16,445 nt of DNA from a bacterium (GTDB taxonomy: Bacteria; Acidobacteriota; Blastocatellia; HR10), in NCBI GenBank assembly GCA_041640655.1, contig JBEPZV010000051.1, positions 1-16,445 of the forward strand, written 5' to 3'. Below the pieces are notes generated by a model that saw only the letters and a list, made by a program, of their open reading frames with translations, ran no database searches and had not been told where the DNA came from. Shown one piece after another: positions 15,874 to 16,445 of the stretch. Position numbers and translations under genes: made by a program. Positions within the stretch are counted from its first letter, which is position 1, and each line of letters opens with the position of its first letter.

Positions 15874-16353
15874 TCATGCGCTCGATGCTCGCGCCGGGGG
15901 AGGAACGTCGCGACGAATCGTCACCTGTCGCGTCGTCTCATCCATCCATAGGATCTCGACACGGTAGACGAGCAGAATCGCGCGGGCATCGAGCGACTCG
16001 GCGGGAATCTTCTCCCCCCATTCGATGGCCACGACGGCCGGAGCGGCGAGGATCTCCCGGAGGCCGAGATGTTCGAAGATGGCGCGCGGATCGTCGAGGC
16101 GATATAGGTCAATGTGGTAGAACGGCCATCGTCCGTAGTGGATGTTGATGAGCGTGAATGAAGGGCTGGTGACTTCGTCGGGATCAATGCCCAGGCCCGC
16201 GGCCAGGCCTTTCGCGAAGACGGTCTTTCCGGTGCCCAGTTCTCCGATGAGCAAGAAGAGCGCCGGGGCGTCGAGATCACAAGTGAGGCGTTCGGCGAGC
16301 GCGCGCGTCTCCTCAGGCGAGCGCGTGAGGAACGTTCCCTGAACGTCGCTCAT
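15874..16353 (-). CDS. tsaE: tRNA threonylcarbamoyladenosine biosynthesis ATPase TsaE
   Basis: GELGTGKT, SPSFTL, HIDLYRL and IEWGE motifs; SD GGAGGAG. Confidence 0.96.
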   Translation of the reverse strand: MSDVQGTFLTRSPEETRALAERLTCDLDAPALFLLIGELGTGKTVFAKGLAAGLGIDPDEVTSPSFTLINIHYGRWPFYHIDLYRLDDPRAIFEHLGLREILAAPAVVAIEWGEKIPAESLDARAILLVYRVEILWMDETTRQVTIRRDVPPPARASSA

Positions 16354-16445
16354 CTTCTCCTCCGATCGAGGCGATGGCGTCGCCCAAATGGGCCGTCACG
16401 TCCGAAGCGAGCATGACGCGCGCACCCAGGCGACGCGCGGCCAGA
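16313..16445 (-). CDS. nnr: C-terminus of NAD(P)HX dehydratase (NnrD/YjeF), partial
   Basis: Hand translation LAARRLGARVMLASDVTAHLGDAIASIGGE...* resembles the YjeF C-terminal helix; yjeF-tsaE adjacency is a well-known conserved gene order. Confidence 0.7.
   Translation of the reverse strand, partial: LAARRLGARVMLASDVTAHLGDAIASIGGEDERRSGNVPHALA

Noticed and set aside
1..16445. CRISPR array, IS, integrase, rRNA or tRNA
   Set aside because: None seen by eye; no spaced direct repeats or recombinase motifs.

Overview
High-GC bacterial DNA; the gene types resemble Acidobacteria (inference). Positions 1-6622 (minus strand) hold a System I cytochrome c maturation operon, ccmF-ccmH-orf94-orf401-ccmE-ccmA-ccmB-ccmC(partial). 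It has a CxxxY-type CcmE, a five-Cys CcmH and two accessory membrane proteins sharing a CcmI/SHOCT-like helix. A secreted SxxK serine hydrolase is transcribed divergently. A minus-strand cassette at 8519-11437, lower in GC at ~10500-11440, encodes a 94-aa signal-peptide precursor with a 58-aa, 12-Cys mature region, a membrane-anchored CxxS thioredoxin-fold protein and a 639-aa helical-repeat protein. Its promoter, TTGACA..TATACT, has a spacer made of an (ACAG)4 repeat one unit short of 17 bp. The rest encodes a DUF4153-like membrane protein, inositol-3-phosphate synthase, an atypical MetF-family protein, tsaE and the 3' end of nnr. The Cys-rich peptide cassette is the best candidate for an undescribed system. 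All family calls come from motif recognition by eye, not database searches.
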